Made by a program: the position numbers and the translations under genes. A DNA stretch of 64,000 nt from Azolla caroliniana (taxonomy: Eukaryota; Plantae; Polypodiophyta), in contig JBHGNT010000006.1 of NCBI GenBank assembly GCA_043228905.1, positions 6,758,001-6,822,000 on the forward strand. The letters run 5' to 3'. The notes under the pieces are model-generated. The model searched no databases and had not been told where the DNA came from. It saw nothing but the letters and a program-made list of their open reading frames with translations. Shown in pieces: positions 61,468 to 64,000 of this stretch; position 1 is the stretch's first letter, and every line of letters begins with the position of its first letter.

Positions 61468-64000
61468 CTACTCTTTGTCCAAAATGTCAAGAATGCTTTG
61501 CTCCAGAATTTCCAATGGCTCGTCGGGAATCTGTTGTTGTTGCTGTGGCTGCTGTTCCGTTTGTGGCTGCTGCGGTGGCTGCTCCGTTTGTGCCTTCTCC
61601 GTTTGGGGCTGCTGCTCCTTTTGTTGCTCTGGCACCGGCGTTTCCTTCGTTGTTTCCTCCGTCAGAGTTGTCTCTGGCTAACTGACCCCGGCATGGTCCC
61701 CGTCTGGTCCTTGTACTGGCGACGGTTCCTCATCACTAAGGTTGACCGTTGCCGCCTTGCTTTTTCTTCCCGAAACCGGGACCGCTCATAGCTCTCAAAC
61801 TGGATTTGAGCCTCCCGCCGATCATCGTCCAGTTGAGCTATGAGCTGCCGGACCTGCACCAATTGTTCATCCGCTAGGGCTGTGAAATCTTCGGCCAGCT
61901 CATCCCTTATGGCGGTGAAGTCCTCCGATGTCAGCGTATAACAATCGTCACCTTCCTTCCGCCGGTTTTCCACGTCCGCCCTGAGGAAATGGAGTTCCGC
62001 CGTATTCTGCGCCCATTTCGTCCACTATTGCACAGAGCTCTCGTCAATCAAGCGTTTGGTCTTGGTGAGCCGTGCCCGGAGGATGCACCGGATCCGTTCG
62101 GTTCCCATCCGTGATTTGTTCTCAGCGGCTTGTCGCTCCTCTTTCAATTTCTTGATGATTCTGACCATGTCCGCCTCCTGCTCCCTATAATGCGACAATT
62201 GTTTGCAACCTCTGTAACACCATTGTCGCCCTTTCCTTTTCTTCATGGTTCTGCTTGTGGAGCTCCATCCGGTCCCTCGCCGCTTCCTCCAATAGCTTTG
62301 TATTCTCAGCTCGTTCGTCGGCGAGTGCCGTTGTGGCCCTATCAACTTCCTGCCGGAGCTCGGCCATCCTTTCCTGTTGTTGCTTATACTCCGTCTCCAA
62401 CTGCTTGTAGTCCCGGTGCAGATGATCAAAATCATCGGTCTTCTGCTTTAGCCTCTGTTGACGGAGTTCTTCCTTCAGCCTTTCGATTTCCGTCTCCGCC
62501 ATCCGTTGCAACTTGTCCTTCTCCTGCAACAATTTTTCTTTTTCCTCCTTTAGCCGGTCGTAAGCTTGATGCCCTTTCCGCAGATTTTCTTCTGCCCGAC
62601 GGAGGTTTTCAACAGTTTTCCTTAACTCCTCTTTTGCTGCTTTCTTCAAATCTCGTTCGCGGCTCCGTAGTGCTTCTTGTGCAGCAAGTTCGTCCCTTAA
62701 TTCGGCAAGCTCTTGGGCTTGCGCCACATCTTTCTCCGGAACAATTTCTGTCTCCGAGGTCTTATTCGTATGTACATCCACCGGAGTCACCGGTGCTTGG
62801 ATCTGTGTTGCGGTTAAGGCCATTTTGGCCATGTCTTCTATGACCCGATCCAAGTCTTGTTCGAGGCACCGGATCCTTGACCGGGCCGTCTCTAGTTCAT
62901 TGGTTGTGACCAACAACCGTTCCATCTACGCTCGTTCTTCCGCCTCTACGTATCCGACTACTCCGGCAATTTGTTCTCCTATCCACCGAAGCCATTGGCT
63001 GCCGGTGCACTATTGGTGCGCTTGCACGGAGGGTTGGCTGATGGGTTCGCTTGTAAGTGGCCAGTCCCGCCTAATTGCGTCGAGCTGCAATTTTGGTTCT
63101 GCCTGCTGACCACTTTGCCGTTCCGGTTCTGGGTGTGTTTCGGCTAGCCGCTCCTTGTCTGCTTGTTCTTGGCTGGTTGAGGAGGTTGGCATTTGTATAA
63201 CCGGCTCTTGAGTTATGGGGCTTGCCGGTGTTGCCTGTTGTGCAGGAACTTCTGTGACCGGTTCCATCTGAACTGGTTTCGGAGCCTCCCTTGGGATGAG
63301 ATTCTCAGTGTGGGTTGCGGGCGTTCCATCCTTCTGTGGGTCCGAATGCTTCCCAACTGATTCTGCGGTCCTCTTCACCAGCTGCCGCCGGAGGTGCTCC
63401 GTAGGCTCTTCCTCCGTTTCCTCCTCTTGAGTCCCGACATTCATTCTTGCCGCCAGGGTGTCCGTTTCTTGCTGCACTGGTCGGTGGAGTGGGCTCTTCA
63501 GGGGCCGTGCCGGTGTCTCCTCGTGCGTGTCCGTCGGCCGCTTCTGGCTGGCGCGCTCCTTTGCCGCCTTCTTTGCGTCGGCCGTCTTCCCCTTACTGGC
63601 CTTGGAGGCCAACAACTGTTTCCGTTTTGAAGCAGGTTTCGGGGTGCCGTCCGTTGCTCTTCCCTGTTTCTTGGTCTGGACGGGCTCGACAGGTGGCGCC
63701 CATAGGGTGAGCCATTGCGTCACGACATGCCATATTTTCTCGCCTTCTTTGCTTTCCTTGCCGTCCTTACCTCTTACGGTATCAATAGCCGCGCTCAATC
63801 CGTCGGCAATCAGCACCGACCAATCCACCTTGACCCTTCGTACGTTGCGATAATCAAGCCTACTCAGTTCTAAGGCATAACGGGGGGTCGAAGGTATACG
63901 TGGCCGAACTCATGGAGCACACAAGCAATTTCACGAAATAACATATCTTCGCCGCCTTGTGTCCTGTAGCCCTTGCTGGCGAGAGAATACTCACCGAAAT
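61468..64000 (-). pseudogene. Retroelement accessory ORF (low-complexity and long coiled-coil), broken by stops and frameshifts
   Basis: Collinear ORFs 63828-63010, 62925-62185 and 61973-61662, E/K/R/Q-rich heptad-like and GC-rich, adjacent to the LTR. No gag or pol motifs visible. Confidence 0.6.

Overview
Eukaryotic land-plant nuclear DNA with spliceosomal introns, GA/CA microsatellites and nested retrotransposons. The dense, highly repetitive PLS-class PPR genes suggest a fern, but that is inference. The left ~40 kb is gene-containing: the 5' part of an NPH3/RPT2-like BTB gene, four PLS-E PPR genes without DYW, tRNA-Pro(UGG), a ubiquitin-domain type II PI4K-gamma and a LEA14/LEA_2 gene. 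The right ~23 kb is a nest of transposable elements: a Copia element broken by LTR, LINE and Gypsy insertions, an internally deleted two-LTR chromovirus, and a large DNA-transposon-like block. Three observations stand out. (1) The transposon-like block carries an intron-containing gene fusing a ParB/Srx-like domain to a prokaryotic-type beta-class amino (N6A/N4C) DNA methyltransferase, with ~20 copies of a 23-bp palindrome in its putative first intron and a divergent transposase-like gene. (2) One PPR gene has an N-terminal OSB-type 'PDF' ssDNA-binding motif split by an intron, and two sister PPR genes carry decayed copies of it. (3) The chromovirus has a Tf1-style self-priming PBS and a tRNA-like A/B-box cassette in its LTRs. 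Domain calls come from motif recognition by eye, with no database searches.
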